The notes beneath the pieces were generated by a model, which saw nothing but the letters and a program-made list of their open reading frames with translations, ran no database searches and was not told the origin of the DNA. A stretch of 64,000 bases of DNA from Octopus bimaculoides (Eukaryota), in contig NC_068985.1 of the NCBI RefSeq assembly GCF_001194135.2, positions 55,145,019-55,209,018 on the forward strand, written 5' to 3'. A program made the position numbers and the translations under genes. How positions within the stretch are numbered: the first letter of the stretch is position 1; the number at the start of each line of letters is the position of its first letter. Positions 25,164 through 40,269 of this stretch are shown piece by piece.

Positions 25164-28100
25164 ATTCTGTGCTCACCAAATGTTTTATTCTGCAGTACCT
25201 AACTAGATTTGATCTAGGTACCTTCATTATTAGACAAAAGATAATAATGTACTTATCCACTAGACTACTAAAACAACATAAGAAGTCCAAGAATAAGATG
25301 CTTGATGATGGTCAGAAATGATACTGATGCGAACATAGTGCAGATGTAATTATATTAAAACAGCTTTAACGATGATGTTAATTGCCTGGAAAATAATAAA
25401 CATATTAAAACCTTCTAAGTTTAGCATTATTTTTCTTCATTCCTTTCCCCCTTTTTTTCTGTCTTTTTACATAGAGAAATCCAGCTGTGTAGCTGTGGAG
25501 ACATGCAGAGTTTTGAAGACACTAGCATTCCTACACGTTATTGAAATATTTTCACCTTACAGAGATTTGAAATTGATGCAAAACTTCAACAAGTGTTCCA
25601 GTTTGCTCTTAGAACATAGATATTACTTAATATATCGTTTGGAACAAATTTTTTGAAAATATGTTAGAGTCTTTGTAGATGACAACGTTTTGAGAATGAC
25701 ATTCCAAACAGTTTTAACATTTGAGGTTCCATGACATGAAAATGTTTCATGTGATGCGCTTTTATGGCAGGCAATAACAATAACACTAACAACAACAATG
25801 GTTTCAGGTTTTGGTACAAGGCCAGCAATTTTAGTGGGAAGCAGGTTAGTTAATTACATCAACCCTAGTGCTTAACTAGCACTTAATTTGCTGGTCCTGA
25901 AAGAATGAAAAGCAAAGCTGACCTCATTGAGATTTGAGTTCAGAACATAAAGAAACAGCTAAACATTACGTCAGACACTCTAATGATTCTGCCAGCTTAA
26001 TAATAATAATGATAATAATCTCTTGTGCCTTAATAATAATAATTATTATTATTATTAAGGCACAAGAGTTGGAATTTTGTGGGAGGGAGCTAGTTGATTG
26101 CATTGACTCCAGTGCTTGACTGGTACTTATTTCATCAACCCTGAAAGGACAAAAGCCAAAATGACCTCAGTGGAATTAGAACTCAAAACACAGACAGATA
26201 AAATGCCACTAAGCATTTTGTCCAGTATGCTAATAACTCTGCTAGCTTACTGCTGTAATAATAATAATATTAGTTTCAAATTTTGCCACAAGGAAAGCAA
26301 TTTCAGGGGAGGGGATTAGTTGATTACATCGACCCTAGTGTTTAACTGGTACTTATTTTATTGACCCTGAGAGGATGAAAGGCAAAGTGAAAGGAACAGT
26401 GAAGAACATTTGCAAGTCTCTGGATGACTGAGGTTACAGGTGGTGACTTGTTATCTAAGAGTAAACCCACCTAAATTCCATCATAAGAGTGAGATACAAA
26501 AAATTTTGAAATAATAATAGTTGCTGATTCAGGTGCAAGGCTGTCAATTTTAAGGGAAAGGTTTTGTCAATCTCAATCTCATCGACCCTGCTACTTGCAC
26601 TTTATTTTATCAACTCGAAAATCAAAGTTGAGCTCAACAAGATTTGAACTCAAAAAGTGAAACGGGAAAAAATATCACAGAAATAATTTTTTTCTGACAC
26701 TCCAACAATTTTGCCAGATCCCTACCAATAATAGTAGTTTCTGATTTAGGAACAAGGCCAGCATTTTGAAGAGGAGGGTGTTAGTTACTACTATGAATCC
26801 AGCATATAACTGGTATTTTATTTAATTGACTCTGAAGGGATGAAAGGCAAAGTTGACCTACACTGGACTTAAAATTCAAAGAGCTAGGAGAAACATTTGC
26901 AAGGCATTTTGTTCAATGCTCTAACAATCCTACCAATGCCCTTCCCTTTTATTAACAAAAGAATGAGTCACATAAAAAGAAAATTACAAAAATGGGTTGT
27001 AATTTTTGAGTTGAGGAGGAGAGCAGTTTACATTAAAATCAAATAAAGAGGAATAATAATAAAAACAAGGTGTGAGAAATGAAATGAAGTTGTCATCATC
27101 ATTTAACATCCACTTTTCCATGCTTGCATGGGTTAGATGGAATTCACTAAGGCAAATATTTTATGGCCAGATGCCCTTCTTGTTGCCAACCCTCACCTGT
27201 TTTCAAGCAAGGTAATATTTCCCCATGGCCAGACATGTTTTTCACAGAAGACTGGAAATGAATAACACTACTGATATAACGGACACTCATTTACAACTAT
27301 CACATGATGTCAAGATGAGAGTACACAGACACAGAGACACACACACATGACAGGTTTCTTTCAGTTTCAGTTCACTAAATGCATTCACAGGGGTTGATCC
27401 AAGACTATAGTAGAAGACATTTGTTCAAAATGCCAAACAGTGGAACTGAACCAGAGACCACAGGGTTAGGATGCAAGCTTCACACACCTGGGTATTCTTA
27501 AAACTGGGAAGTTAGAATAACCATTTCATATACAAGAAACTGAGATCAACTGTATATAAACAAAACTGAAAACAACAAAAAAAAAAGGAAGGAAAGAATA
27601 GCATGAATATTTAAGTATATACTTCAAAAATACTATAATCACAAACAGAATTCCTTACACAGCTGACATTGGTGTTCGGTATTAAAGAAATCAATAAATG
27701 GGAGCCAGATATTCTTGAAATCAAATCTTATATACAGAATGGATTCTTGCAGTAGCAGAAATAGTTGAACTTTACAAATGGATAAAATATTATAAGAACA
27801 CTAAGACAATCTGTTTTAATGCCTGCATTGAGTTGAGAAGACAAGTTGAAATGAATGGTTGCTGGAGCAGTTGGAAACTAAATTCAATGTCCATTAATTA
27901 TTAAATTGTGTATTAATAACTAATTATTACATGTCTAATCAATCTGACCAGTTGGTATTACTGAAATAACTGCAGAATTTATCCAGTAGGAATAGTTTTG
28001 TTCTGCACTGTCAATATATTTTAAATCATTATTCTAAGCATACACCTATGGGGGCTTTTCATCTACCAATTCCACTAACAGAGAAGTGATTGGTCCAAGG

Positions 28101-28359
28101 TTGTACTAGAAAACACTTGCCCAAAATTTCATGTCACACAGTGGAACTGAATCCAAATACATATATCTATATATATGTATTTTATCTTTTAGCTGGGGCA
28201 TCGCCTTGAAGAATTTTTTAGTCAAATGAACTGATCCCAGTACATTTTTTCTTAAGCCTGGTATTTCTTCTATTGATATCTTTTGTGGAACTACTAAGTT
28301 ATGAGGATGTAAACATACCAACACCGGTTGTCAAGCAGTGGTGGGGGACACTATATATA

Positions 28360-29612
28360 GTAAGGTCATCCCATAAATAATGCAGTTTTTTCGACTGCAT
28401 GAGCTAAAGTCTGAGGGGGATGGGATAAACTACCTGCATCAACTTGCTATAAAATAGATAGTAACTTTACCTTGTTCTTTTTCTTAGTGCAAGTTTTGAA
28501 GAGTGCAGTTCAATTTCAACAGTTAGTTTTTCAAAGCATATTTTGCTTTACGCATTCAATAAAGGCAACAACGCAATGGAAAATACAAGAAATATCAATG
28601 CAGTATATGGGGATAGGACAACAAGCATAAGCCAGTGTCAATGGTGGTTCCAGAAATTCTGAGCTGGAAACTATACAACCTAAAAGACAAGCCTTGTCCT
28701 GAAAGATATGTAGAGCTCAACAAGAACATCCTGCAAACCTTGGTGGAACAAAATTCCATCGTAACTGTTGAGGAACTAGCAGAGAAGCTTGGATTTGGTC
28801 ATTCAACCATTCATTTACACCTAGGTGCCATCAGAAAAGTCAGCAAATTGGGTCAATGTGTTCCTCACAAACTTTCTGAGAATAAATCACGTGCAGAGAG
28901 TGAATGTGTGCTCTTTTTTGCTGTCATATCTCACAAATACACCTGTTTTGGATGAAATAGTGACTGGTGACAAGAAATGGGTTCTCTATAAAAATGTCAA
29001 GTGCTGAAGACAGTGAGTAGGGAAAGGAGAAACACCAGCACCCCAGGCTAAAGAAGATCTTCACTCATGTACAGTGTTGTTATCTGTTTGGTGAGATATG
29101 ACAGGTTTAGTCCACTTTGAACTTTTAAACCCAAACCAAACAATAACAAAGGAGATCTACTGCAAGCAGCCTGGGTGACTTGAGTCAGCACTAGAAGAAA
29201 AACAACCATGTTTGATTTCAAGACAAAAGGTGTTCTTCCATCAGGATAGTACTTGGTCACATACAGTGAAGATGACGTTCCAAAGGCTGAAGCTGTTTGA
29301 ATGGGAAACGATGCCCCGCCCACCATATTCGCCGAACATTGCCCCATCTGATTATCATTTATTCCAGTCTTCAAAATCATTTGGACGAAAAAAATATGAA
29401 TTCTGTAGATGAGGTCAGAAGAGTAATGAAGGAGTATGTTTTGTCACAGACAAGTGAATTTTGGAAGAAAGGCCTTGCAAGTCTACCAGATAGATGGAAG
29501 AGCATTGTAGAAAATGGCGGAGAGTATATTTTAGATTAAAAAAGAACTAAATTTATCTGAATTCTGAAAAATAAAAGTATAAAAAACCACATTATTTAAG
29601 AGATGACCCAGC
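28360..29612 (+). mobile_element. Full-length decayed mariner (DD34D) DNA transposon
   Basis: About 30-bp TIRs at 28360-28389 and 29583-29612 (23/30 match, Hsmar1-like ...TAATGCRGTTTT), with TA-rich flanks and a transposase remnant inside. Confidence 0.92.
28537..29539 (+). pseudogene. Mariner transposase, multiple stops and frameshifts
   Basis: HILLYAFNKGNNAMENTRNINAVYG..QWWFQKF (HTH); DEIVTGDKKWVLY; FFHQDSTWSH; PPYSPNIAPSDYHLF; WKKGLASLPDRWKSIVENGGEYILD*. Confidence 0.92.
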
Positions 29613-29918
29613 ATATACACACACACACACACACACACACAAATATAAGTATGTGTATATATGTACATATATATATTTATTTATGTATGTATGTGTATAA
29701 ATTTTTGCCAGTATATACGCAGTGAAGCTATACAATAGCGTCGTATTTATNNNNNNNNNNNNNNNNNNNNNNNNNNNNNNNNNNNNNNNNNNNNNNNNNN
29801 NNNNNNNNNNNNNNNNNNNNNNNNNNNNNNNNNNNNNNNNNNNNNNNNNNATATATATATATATATATATACATACATATATATATATGCATATACCTAT
29901 GTATATGTTATGTATGCT

Positions 29919-29967
<49 letters not shown>

Positions 29968-31705
29968 TTACACACATATGGGCGTCTGTATGTGTATAAT
30001 AATTTTTTTTATTTGCCACATGAGTATCAGATGAGGAGGATATTACATGGACTGTTTACAGTTTGTGTGCAGTGGAGGGGTGTTGGTATATAAAAGATGT
30101 GATGAAGAAATGGAGTGAAGGGGGGAAATAAGATAAAAATTTCACTTCGTATACATATCTATGATGTGTATACTCTGTGTAATTCTTATACAGGAGTCCT
30201 TCCCGCTAAGACCAATCAAGGAACTCCACAAGTCAAGGATCACTCTGACCACCTAGGCACTTCCCCATCCAATTGCTTAGAGTATGTCAATTCACTGTGG
30301 CCATTTTATTTTCACTCACCCACCGATAATAATAATAATAAATGTAATAATAATTTGTTGGTATTTGTATGATATTGTTTTAGAGAGTCCATTTAGTACT
30401 GCTTACCATCAACCATTTTGCATTTCCATTCTTTCTCTTCATCTCTGTCTTTTTCACTTTTTCGTCACACAGATTCTTCTTTTCAGTCCTCAACTTTTAC
30501 ATATACACACCTACCTCTCTTTGTATATATTCCTTATCTTATATGCCTTTATATCTTTCTCCCCCCCCCCATGACCTTTTTATATAATCCTACTCCAGAT
30601 TCAAATTGGCACCCATCCAGACCTGCTTCACACACACGCACGCACGCATGCACGCACGCACGCACACACACTGTTGTCTCTATATCATACTTCTTTTGGA
30701 ATCTGGAGTGTGATCCTATCTGTTTTCCTAGTAATCTTTTTATTTGATTCGGATATTTTTCTCTTATTTTTCATCTTTTAATCTAGCACTCACCGTAAAA
30801 TTACCCCCTTTTTCTTCTTTTTAACCACTTTGACCAAAACCCCAATAATAGCAATAACTCTACAACCAACTTGGAATTCCTGTAACTCTCAATTCTGAAG
30901 AGGAAATTACTTGGTTTTTCTGATGGTTTAGGGTGTGTTCCACATCTAAAAATAGGTCACCTGAGTCTGGTAGAGTTAGTTATTTCTTCCTGTAGGGAGT
31001 CTTAACATAAAGTGTGATTAGTTGTGGAGGGCTTCAGTGCAGATAAATATGTTAAGTTGTGGCACTCTATTCACAATACATAAAACTAAATTTGCACTTA
31101 AGCAACTTCTGTTTCATATCTTTATGTGTGGATATGTCTGACTCTGTATCTTCTGAGTTCAAATTCTGATGAGGTCAACTTTGCCTTTCATCCTTTCAGT
31201 GTGAATAAAATACCCATTGAACACTGGGATCAATATAATCAACTAAACCCCTCCCTTCCAAATTTATGGCCTTGTGGCCAAAAATTTGAAATCATTATTT
31301 TATTATTTTGCTAGTTTCAGCTTTTGGACTGCAATTGTTTTATTGCTTAACTCTGATGGTTTCAGTCAATCATATTCTCTCCCGTTTTTGCACCATCAGT
31401 CTCTATTTATCCAATGACCAAGTCGGTTTCTGACATTAAAGAAGTACTTTTGTGTGACAGACAATTTTTGTGTGTGTGCATGCACACACATCAGTATATG
31501 ACAGTTCTGCATAATTTCCATCTACAACACATGCTAAAGCTACCACCAATTGGCCTGAACTTAAAGCATATAGTTGTGAAACACACTGCATAGCCATTTT
31601 TCCACCTATATATATAGTTCAAATTTACAGAAAACAAAAGACGAAGACAGGTGTAAGAACAACAAGCAAGTGTATTAATTTAACACTTGGAAAGAATGGA
31701 AATGT

Positions 31706-31741
31706 CTTTTACATTTTGAGCCTAAGCTTTTCAACAGAAAG
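31706..31741 (-). ncRNA. Decayed copy of the CUGUUGA hammerhead family
   Basis: Minus strand CTTT-CTGTTGA-A-AAGC-ttag-GCTC-AAAA-TGT-A-AAAG. Stem I CTTT/AAAG is intact; G12>A and CpG decay make it probably inactive. Confidence 0.5.
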
Positions 31742-34700
31742 GATTAAGAGGGAACAAAATGGAGTGAGAAAACAATGCAGTTCTACAGTCCAACATGACA
31801 AGATGACCAGAAAACAGAAGCTCAATGAAAGAGAGATAATAATAATAATAACAATAACGGTGACCCCCAATGAACTAAGGTACGCAAGTGTATGTGTGAA
31901 TGGGGATGTGTAGGTGAGTGTGTGTGAATGCTTATGGATGTGTGTATATGTTTGAGTATGTGTATGGAAGTGTGTATGTGTGTGAGGCTAGCGTGTGTGT
32001 GTAGCAGTTGATGGGTGCTTGTTCAAGTGGTGTGTGCACGTGTGTATGTGTGTGTCTGTGACCAAATAGTGTGCATGTGTATAGTGTATGTTTGTAGCCG
32101 AAAGTTGTCTGTACCTGTGTGTATTGCGTACCTGTGTTCAGGTATTATGTGCTTGTGTGCGTGTGGGAGTGTGCATGATGGTGTTTGTACTGAGTTAAAC
32201 AATGTGGTGGGCTGCTTGTATGTGTAATGACGTTATTGAAGATTGTGTGTGGGTGTGTGGATAATGGTGTGTGGTGTGGGTGCTGAGAAGTGTTTGGTGC
32301 TAGTGTGTGTGGAGGAGGAAGGTGTTTGCGGGTGTGTGTGTAATGGTGTGTGAAGTGAGTAATGAGTTGAACAGTGTGTGTTTGTGGGTGTTTGTATAGT
32401 GATGTGTGTGTGGTGAGGGTACCAAGGTAGAGGGTGTGTAGGTAGATGGGGGGGGCAGTTGATTGTGGGAGGTGTGTGTGGGAACCCCTGTGAGGTTGGT
32501 GTCAGATGAAGTAGAGCCCACAAGGTACAAAAGAATGAAGAGAGAAGATTAATTCCTGTTCATGGCAAAGGCTGGAGTTTGGGTGACCCCTGTGCAGAGA
32601 CAGTCCAAACACAGACAGATGTTGTAGCAAATGACTGGTAGAGTGGAAGTGGTGAGACCAGGATGTCATTGCCAAGTCTGATGTCTTGGAGATGCTCTGC
32701 AAACCAGTCAGTCAAGCAGCGTCCTGTTTGACCAAAGACAAGGCAAAATGACCATTATTTATACTTTGTCTTATATATATCACTCTGTGTAAAAGCCAGT
32801 TTGTCGGGAGCCCAACCACAGATTTACCATATAGAATTTTGATGAACCATAACCTTGGACCCTGCCATAAGAATACTTAGAGTTCTTCACTAAGCTAAGC
32901 AATATTGTTAACCTGATGTGCCAACAGAGAGCTTACAAAGTATTTTACCTGGATTGATAATCCCTCACTATTAGCTATATATATATGTACGTGTATATCA
33001 GATTCTATTACTTTTGTATGTACCTGATCAGTCTTTCATTGATGCCAAACCATCTTTGATATTGCATCCTAGCTTTTCATCAGAATACGTGTCATTTTAA
33101 TCCGAGACAAAAGTTGAGCTGATATAAATATGCGTCTTGGAACTTGAATTGTTGATACGTTTAAATGTGCTGTCAACTGTTTCCTAGTTGCTTAGACTAA
33201 CATCTTATGTCCTCGTATATTTCCTACTGACTAGACATATTGATAAACAGATTATATGTTTATCTGGAGCTTGAACCCTTTAGCACTCAGATTACTCTGC
33301 CACATGCAACACTCATTGATACACATTGTTTTTAATTAATCCTGCATGATCTCGTAGCTTTGAGGTTTTGATGATGTGATTGTTTATTCTTAGAATGATA
33401 TTATAGGGTAGGTGTGAGAGGCTGGATATAGCTGGTTTAAATGCTAATGGGTTAAGTGAATCACATTGAGCTTAGTTTCATAAACAAGATAATCCATATT
33501 GATTCTTCTAATAGAGTTCAAACTCTTTGTTCAGTTGATCTGACTTCAAATGTGCAGATCAAGGTTTACAACATTTTCTACCTCGGTGTCTCCTTTCATC
33601 AAAACGTGTTTTTATAAACGACCTCTTCCCCATGATCTTAATCAAACAAAAGCCAGCATCGCAGTGTACTTAAGAAGTTTGTTTTGTGTTTCTAAGTGGT
33701 TTCATTTCAGTTCTACTCGGCAAGATGGACTGAAATGAGTTTGGTATGTGGAAACTGCATTGAGACTTAAACATACATGTGTATATCGTGGGAGACTTAA
33801 ACACACGTGTATGTCATTGCTTCCCAAAGACCTGGCTTTAGGTTAAGTTACCCTGCATAGCACTTTTTGCAAATGTTTTGTTCTATAACCTGACTGACCG
33901 AAGCCTTGTGAGTGATCCTGCTGATGAAGAGTGAAAGAACTCATTGTGTCTGTGTGTATATACATATGTATATTTGTGTGTGTCTGTTATTGTCTCTTTG
34001 TGTTAACATTGTGTGGTAATTGTAAATGGGTGATGTCATCATACAGGTGGTGTCCTTTCTTTCAAATCTTCTATGAAAACATGTTTGGTCGTGGGAAGAT
34101 AGAGATATTACCTCACTTAGAAATAGGTGAGGGTTGGTGATAGACAGGGCATCCAGTTGTGGAAAATCTGCCTCAACAAATTCCATTCAACCTCATGTGA
34201 GCATGGAAAATTGTTTGTCAAAATGGTGATGATGATAATATATTTATCATTGCCATCACCATTTAACATATATTTTCCTTGGTAGCCTGCATTTGTAACC
34301 CATGCCAGCATGGAGAATGGACGTTAAATGAGGATGGTGATGGGTTTGTGTGTGTATTAGAGCAGTATGGCTAAATGTTTAAAAAGTTTTTCATAATTCC
34401 ATGTTCCACTAAAAAAAAAAAAAAAAAAAATTTTAGATTCTATGCCCTACTACAATTTTCTCAGGCTCTACTAGTGGGGCATGTGCCCTACTTTGGGAAT
34501 CACTGGATTAGATGAAAACTGCATAGAGACCCTGTAGGTGGGTTGTACCTGTAATTCAAGAGGTACCGCTTTGTCATACACTGTCACACTGATCCTGTCT
34601 TAGAAATTACATTAAGGGTACATATGTCTATGGAATACTCTGCTAATCAAACATCAATTCAGTTGCTCAAACAAGTCAATCTTGATCATCGAATGTCAGA

Positions 34701-35626
34701 GATCCACCATTTCAAGTATATCTGAGTTGGTTAATAACTCCAAGCAGCTTTGGTACTTTCTTAACTCAGCTGGCATGAATTAAAACATTTCTTCAGGACA
34801 AAGAAGGAACTTCAGTTAAAAATTTGTTGTTTTGAGTGAGAGACAGTATGGTGAGTAAGGCCATCCATATATAATATAACTTGTCCAAAACAACTGACAA
34901 TTTTCATTTGATGATAATATTTGCTTTATGCTTATTTTTAACTTGCTAACATGGGTTAGATAGATATATTATTGAGGCATTGTTTTCCTGCTGGATGTCC
35001 TTCTTATTGATAACCTTTACCTGTTTATCAGGTAAGGTAAGTGAAGGTGTGTGGCCTAGTGGTTAGGGTGTTGCGCCCAAGATTACAAGATTGTGATTTC
35101 AATTCTTAGACTGGCTATGTGTTGTGTTCTTGAGCAAATCACTGTATTTCATGTTACTCCAGTCCACTCAACTGTAAATGGGTTACCTCGTGATGGATTG
35201 ATGTACAAGGATGAGTCAGTGACTCAGAAAAATCACTCAAATGGAAGTCTTGTGAGCTATGTTTTGTATTTAGCAATTGAAAGGAGAAATAGTGCAACTG
35301 GTACTGTGCATCATAACTGGTTAGGGCAGGTTGTACAACCATGTCAAAGGTCATTCAAAAGTCATGGAATATATCCTTTTATTTCCTACAAGTTTGAAAG
35401 TGCGAAGGAGAAATAACAACAACACAGCTCTTAGCAACTTTCATACATACAAACACACACACACACACACATACAACAGGACTCTTTCAGTTTCTGTTTA
35501 CCAAACCCACTCACAAGGGATTGGTTGGCCTGAAGCTACAGCAGGAGACATTTGCCCAAGGTATCATGCAGTGGGACTGAACTCGGAACCATGTGGTTGA
35601 GAAACAAGCTTCTTACCATACAGCTA

Positions 35627-35715
<89 letters not shown>

Positions 35716-38058
35716 CCTCCCTCCCTGTCTTGCAAGCTGGCAACCTTATTAGGGCTGGTAACATAAAACTACGCTGTAAAGTAGCTGGTGTTAGAGCATC
35801 TAGCTGTAGAAACCATACCAAAGCTGAAAGTGGAGCTCAAGCTAGTCCTACAGACAATAATGATGATATAAAGCAGACAATAATGATGATATAAAGGTGT
35901 AGCTGAGAAGCTTGCTTCCTAACTATATGGCTTCAGATTTAATCCCACTACTCAGCATTGTGAATTTTGGGCAGGTATCTTCTATATATAGGCCTGGGCC
36001 TCCCAAAGCCTTGTGATTGAATTTGGTGGACTGAAAGAAGCCCATTGTGTGTGTGTGTGTGTGTGTGTCTGTGTGTATCCTTGTCTTGATTTCATGTGAT
36101 GGTTGTAAATGAGCATCACCATCATACAAACAGTGTCATTCATTTCTAGTCTTCTGTGAAAAATGTGTTTTGTCAAAGGGAAATAGTATCTTGCTTGTAG
36201 ACAGAAAAGCAAAATATCCGGCCATAGCAAATCTTCCTCAATGAACACCGTTTGACTCTTGCGACCATGGAAAAGTTGGTATTAAAACGACGCCGATGAT
36301 TGTGTGTGTGTGTGTGTGTGTGTGATAGCCTATGAATATGATATTTAAAAACTCATAGCGATCACTCATGAATAATTATGTTTTGGTATTGAACCTACAA
36401 CTTTATGATCATGAGCCCAACTCTAATCTAGACCATGCACTTTCATTTGTTTTTACTATGAATATATTTTTTAATCCTTTAGCATTTAAACAGATCATAT
36501 TTGGCCCAAATATTCAGTCTGTTTTATGCTCAAACCAGCTAGAGCTGGTTTCTCACACTTACTCTACAATGTCATTCTAAAAATAAACGATCACATCATT
36601 GAAATCTAGAAGCTATGAGATAATGTATGATTAATTCAGAACAATGTGAATATATAAGCATTACATTTCACAAATTAATATGAAAGCTAAAGAGTTGAAC
36701 AGCAGAAAATGAAGTCATAACATGTGTATTTAGTAAATAAACCACAGCATTCAATACTTTATATTTATCATTTGTTTGTATTTTTCACATTTTAAAAATA
36801 TAATTTCACCCATTTTCTTTTTGCACACCCAGCTACATGTAACAGCTCCCCAGTGTTCCATGATACATGGTTAGCCCATTTGTATTTTTTCTTTTGTTGT
36901 TCTTTCTTCTTTAAAGATACTCTGGTAATTTAACTTTTTATTGAGTTCAACCACTTGGCAGTGGCCATGCTGGGACATTGCCATGAAATAAATACTACAA
37001 AATGATGTATGTATGTATGTACTTGTGTATCTGTTGAAGATTGGCATGTATGTATGTGTGTGTGTGTGTGTGTGTGTGTGGAAGGTGAATCATTGCATAT
37101 GTATGTGTATGTGCAATGTATGTACGTAAAAGAGGCGAACAAATTGTTGTATGTGTATAGAATGAAGAGATCAGTTGCGTGTATTTATCCATGTATTTGT
37201 ACAAGGGTAAAGTGAATTGGTGCACGTGTGTGTGTGTGTGTGTGTGGAAGGGGTAACTCAGCAAACCTTGAGAAGTCTGTTGCTTTAGAGATATGTGGTG
37301 TTTGATTTGTTAACATTGTAGAAATTCATGAATATTTGGATTGCTATCTGTGGGGAGGTCACATTCAAGGAAACTAGAAGCTGCTCAAATAAAAATAACT
37401 TTTTTGTTGTGTTTCTTGTTGTTGTTGCTATGATTATCATCTTTATCTTCCTCTTCCTTATCATCATCATCATCGGTAACTTCCTATGTCTGTTTCCTTC
37501 ATGCTGACATGGTCAAGGTATAAGAATCGTTATATCGACTATGAGTAAAGTTGAGACTCACATAGCTAAGGACAAACTGTTAGTTTTGGATCAACTGTAC
37601 CATGCAGGAATCACTCTGAGACAAATGTTTCCTTTGTTTGAAGTAGAGGAATGTAACAATACTGTTTGTTCTGCAGTGTAACTCTTACAATAATTTAACT
37701 ATGTGGTTGTGGGTGCAACTCCATTGTACACTACCTTGAGCAAGTCTCTACTACTGTAGCTTTAGGTCAATTAGAATGAAATTTTGTAGATGGCAACCGC
37801 ATGGAAACCTATCAGATGTGTATCATGACCGTCATCATTTGATGTCTATCTTCCATGCTGGTTTGAGTCAGATGGTTTGACTGGATTCATTGAGCCAGAG
37901 AACTGCATCAAGCTACAGTATCAGCTTCAGCATGGTTTCTAAACCTGGTTCCCCTTCCTAAAGCCGTAAGTGTATGTGTCTGTGTTCTAAAAAAAGTTTT
38001 AACTACAAAATGTTGTCTGCTGTAAACTACACAGCTGCACACTAAAGCAACATAACAA

Positions 38059-38126
<68 letters not shown>

Positions 38127-38799
38127 CAGGATGGAATGGGAAAATTGTGTGCCCAACCAAAACAGCTTGTGGTGTTTCAATCCATTTCAATCACATCCCT
38201 TGACATTTAGATCTACCTTGCTTCTCTTTCTCCTTCCAGGTTGATATAATGGGTATCATTTCTGAGCTGAAGGCTGTACCCCCAGCATAGCCACAGTCTA
38301 ATTAAGTGAAACCAGTAAAAGAATAATGAAATATTCAGTCGAACGAAAGAATGCTCAGAGACTATTTATTCACTTGTTTCTTTCTTTCTTTTCATTTATA
38401 TTTCCAGTCATCATGTTTCCTTCACCATGTTAACATAGCCAAACTGATGTTAGACTTAGAAACTATTACTGTAAACAACACACACATGCTCATTATACCA
38501 CCAGTCTCCTTGGGCACATTGTGCAACCAATCTCTGTGTGTGTGTATGTGTGTGTGTGCGTGTTAAACACCCATCAGATAAGCTTCATATTCTGAGAATA
38601 AAACTCATCTGAAAATCACAGTTTTCTTTCCCTTAATGCTACTATGTATCATTGTTCTTTCTTTCCTTAAGTCTCTCACTTTATTTTTGTTTGCCTACCT
38701 TTCTACCAGCTTTTCTATCTGTCTATCTCCTTCTTTCCATCTTCCTAACTACCTATTTATCTGTCAATCTGTCTTGAGCTTTGCTTATTTCCCCATCTG

Positions 38800-38818
38800 T
38801 CACTTCATTTATCCCCCC

Positions 38819-38854
<36 letters not shown>

Positions 38855-38869
38855 ATCTCCCTGTCTTTC

Positions 38870-38900
<31 letters not shown>

Positions 38901-39480
38901 TTATCTCCCTGTCTTTCTCTCTATCTCTCTCTCCATTTATATCTCTGTGTCTTTCTCTGTCTCTCTCTCTGTCTATCTCTGTCTGTCTAACACTCAGTCT
39001 GTCTATCTGTCTTTGTCCATCTGTCTCCTTCTCTCTCTCTCATATACTTCTACCTTTCACTAAATACACTCACAAAATCTCTCCCATTTCTCAACAGGTC
39101 TTACACTCTCTCCTCCCCCTCCTCTCCTCCTCACCTCCCCTCCTCTCCTCATCTCCTCCCCTCCCCCTCCTCCCCCAGCGTTTAATCCCCACCCCTCCTA
39201 CTTTTCTGCAAAACTCTCCCTTCCTCCATTTTCTCTATTTAATGTCACTTCATTATTTACCTCAATTCTCCTCCAATATTTTCTTTTCATGTAACAAACA
39301 CTTCTTTACATCAGTCATCTTTTCCTTCCTCCCTCGTGAAGTATCATTCTCTTCTCATTTCCCTCTCTCTCTTCTCTTATCTCTCACCCACAGATTGACT
39401 AATCTTTCTTCTTCCATGACCCCCCCCCCATCTCTCTTTCCTTCTCCCCACTGCTCTCTCTCTCTCTCTCCACAACTTTA
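38800..39480. repeat. (CT)n / pyrimidine-rich compound simple repeat
   Basis: Long CT microsatellites with ctctctctctttatctccctgtctttct duplications. Confidence 0.85.
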
Positions 39481-40230
39481 TAATAATGACACATATGTAG
39501 TTCATAGGTTTCACCGTTAAGTAGCCATACCCTCCCTATTCAAAAACTTACATGTTTATAATGTAACAAATGTATTTTCCCATTCTTTTTCAGAATCAAA
39601 GAGCCTTCATTTAACTTGGGGTTATTTTTATATTCTGAAAGTCAGAACTGTAAAAGACTAAAAACCACTCTGATTTTCATTTTGTTCATATTTTAAGTAT
39701 TCTGCCACCCCCAACCACCACCACCATTGTGGTGATTAATGAATCAGCCACTCTAGATACTACTACTACTGCTACTACCACCACATGCCAACAGATTCAT
39801 TGTCTAATCTTTGTACCAAGTTAATTTACACTAGGGTCATGTTTACATCTGCCCTTGAGATCATTAACACACAAGTCTTTATGTCACAGTTGCAGTGGTT
39901 TGGGTACAACTAAATAATTCACCATCATCATCATCAGGGTCAGCATTAATTGTCATAACATCCACTTTTCCATGCTTGCATAGGTTGGATGGAAATTATT
40001 GAGGCTGACTTTCTACAGTCATATGAACTTGCTGTCGCTAACCCTTGCTTGTTTTCAAGCAAGGTTAGAATTAGGGTTTCCCCTCATTGCCAGACAGGTT
40101 TTTGCTGAATATTGGAAATGAATGACACCACCTGTATGACAGAGTCACTCATTTACTAACCATCACTTGATGTCAAGACAAGGAGATGCCAAGGGGTACA
40201 CACACACACACATTTATAAACATGTGTTTG

Positions 40231-40269
<39 letters not shown>

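Noticed and set aside
25560-25656. FNKCSSLLLEHR resembling CCDC191 FAAWHKLILDHR
   Set aside because: The conserved Trp is absent, the downstream motif does not follow, and there is no good donor.
27738-27900. Open frame with W/C spacing like SFI1 repeats
   Set aside because: Only weak donors and no clear alignment.
33020-33090. CTGATGA...GAAA on the minus strand
   Set aside because: The spacer is too long, with unpaired junctions and no stem I; probably chance.
38636-39520. 294-aa Leu/Ser-rich ORF
   Set aside because: Translation of a (CT)n simple repeat with no domain signal.
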